A DNA stretch of 63,852 nt, the filler included, from Octopus bimaculoides (Eukaryota): the NCBI RefSeq assembly GCF_001194135.2. It is 5 parts of 4 records of this genome, joined end to end, with 100 filler letters (N's around TTAATTAATTAA, not from the genome) between each part and the next. Parts side by side here need not be neighbours in the genome. Positions count along the whole stretch, not along the records: positions 57,049 to 63,852 come from NC_068986.1; 4 more parts are not named here. The stretch is one strand, 5' to 3'. The stretch's first letter is position 1. The number at the start of each line of letters is the position of its first letter. The translations under genes were made by a program, and so were the position numbers. Under the pieces are notes generated by a model. It saw only the letters and a program-made list of their open reading frames with translations. It had not been told where the DNA came from and ran no database searches. Below are positions 63,818-63,852 of this stretch, one piece after another.

Positions 63818-63852
63818 CTGTAAATACAGCAGCAGAATACAATTCAATAGAA

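Noticed and set aside
1-63852. CRISPR array, prokaryotic operon or viral genes
   Set aside because: No regular repeat-spacer array or gene-dense region; the composition is that of an animal repeat-rich genome.

Overview
AT-rich, microsatellite-dense, gappy animal genomic DNA. The SINE, LINE and microsatellite landscape suggests a coleoid cephalopod, probably Octopus (inference, not database-checked). No intact cellular protein-coding gene, rRNA, true tRNA or CRISPR array is supportable, and most ORF-track entries are translations of microsatellites or N gaps. The window is a transposon graveyard. It holds three tRNA-derived SINE families (here called A, B, C), decayed mariner, maT and Tc1 transposons and MITEs, and fragments of RTE, CR1/L2, Tx1/L1, RLE-type (R4/Dong-like) and Penelope-like retroelements. 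The best find is a 130-bp insertion (8329-8458) bounded by a 10-bp target-site duplication. It carries an intact minimal type I hammerhead ribozyme motif and a tandem-repeat tail, and sits inside a mariner remnant, so it looks like a tiny ribozyme-bearing retroposon. Related hammerhead-like motifs, one family with a non-canonical core, occur at Penelope-like termini. Other leads are long inverted repeats that would form dsRNA (possible ADAR substrates), (TA)n-centred palindromes, a shared SINE stem-loop module, a CTCF consensus site, TF-motif clusters and a few unverified splice-flanked candidate exons. Four 100-bp N44-TTAATTAATTAA-N44 linkers and several gap-flanking duplications are treated as assembly artefacts. 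All alignments and pairings were read by eye.
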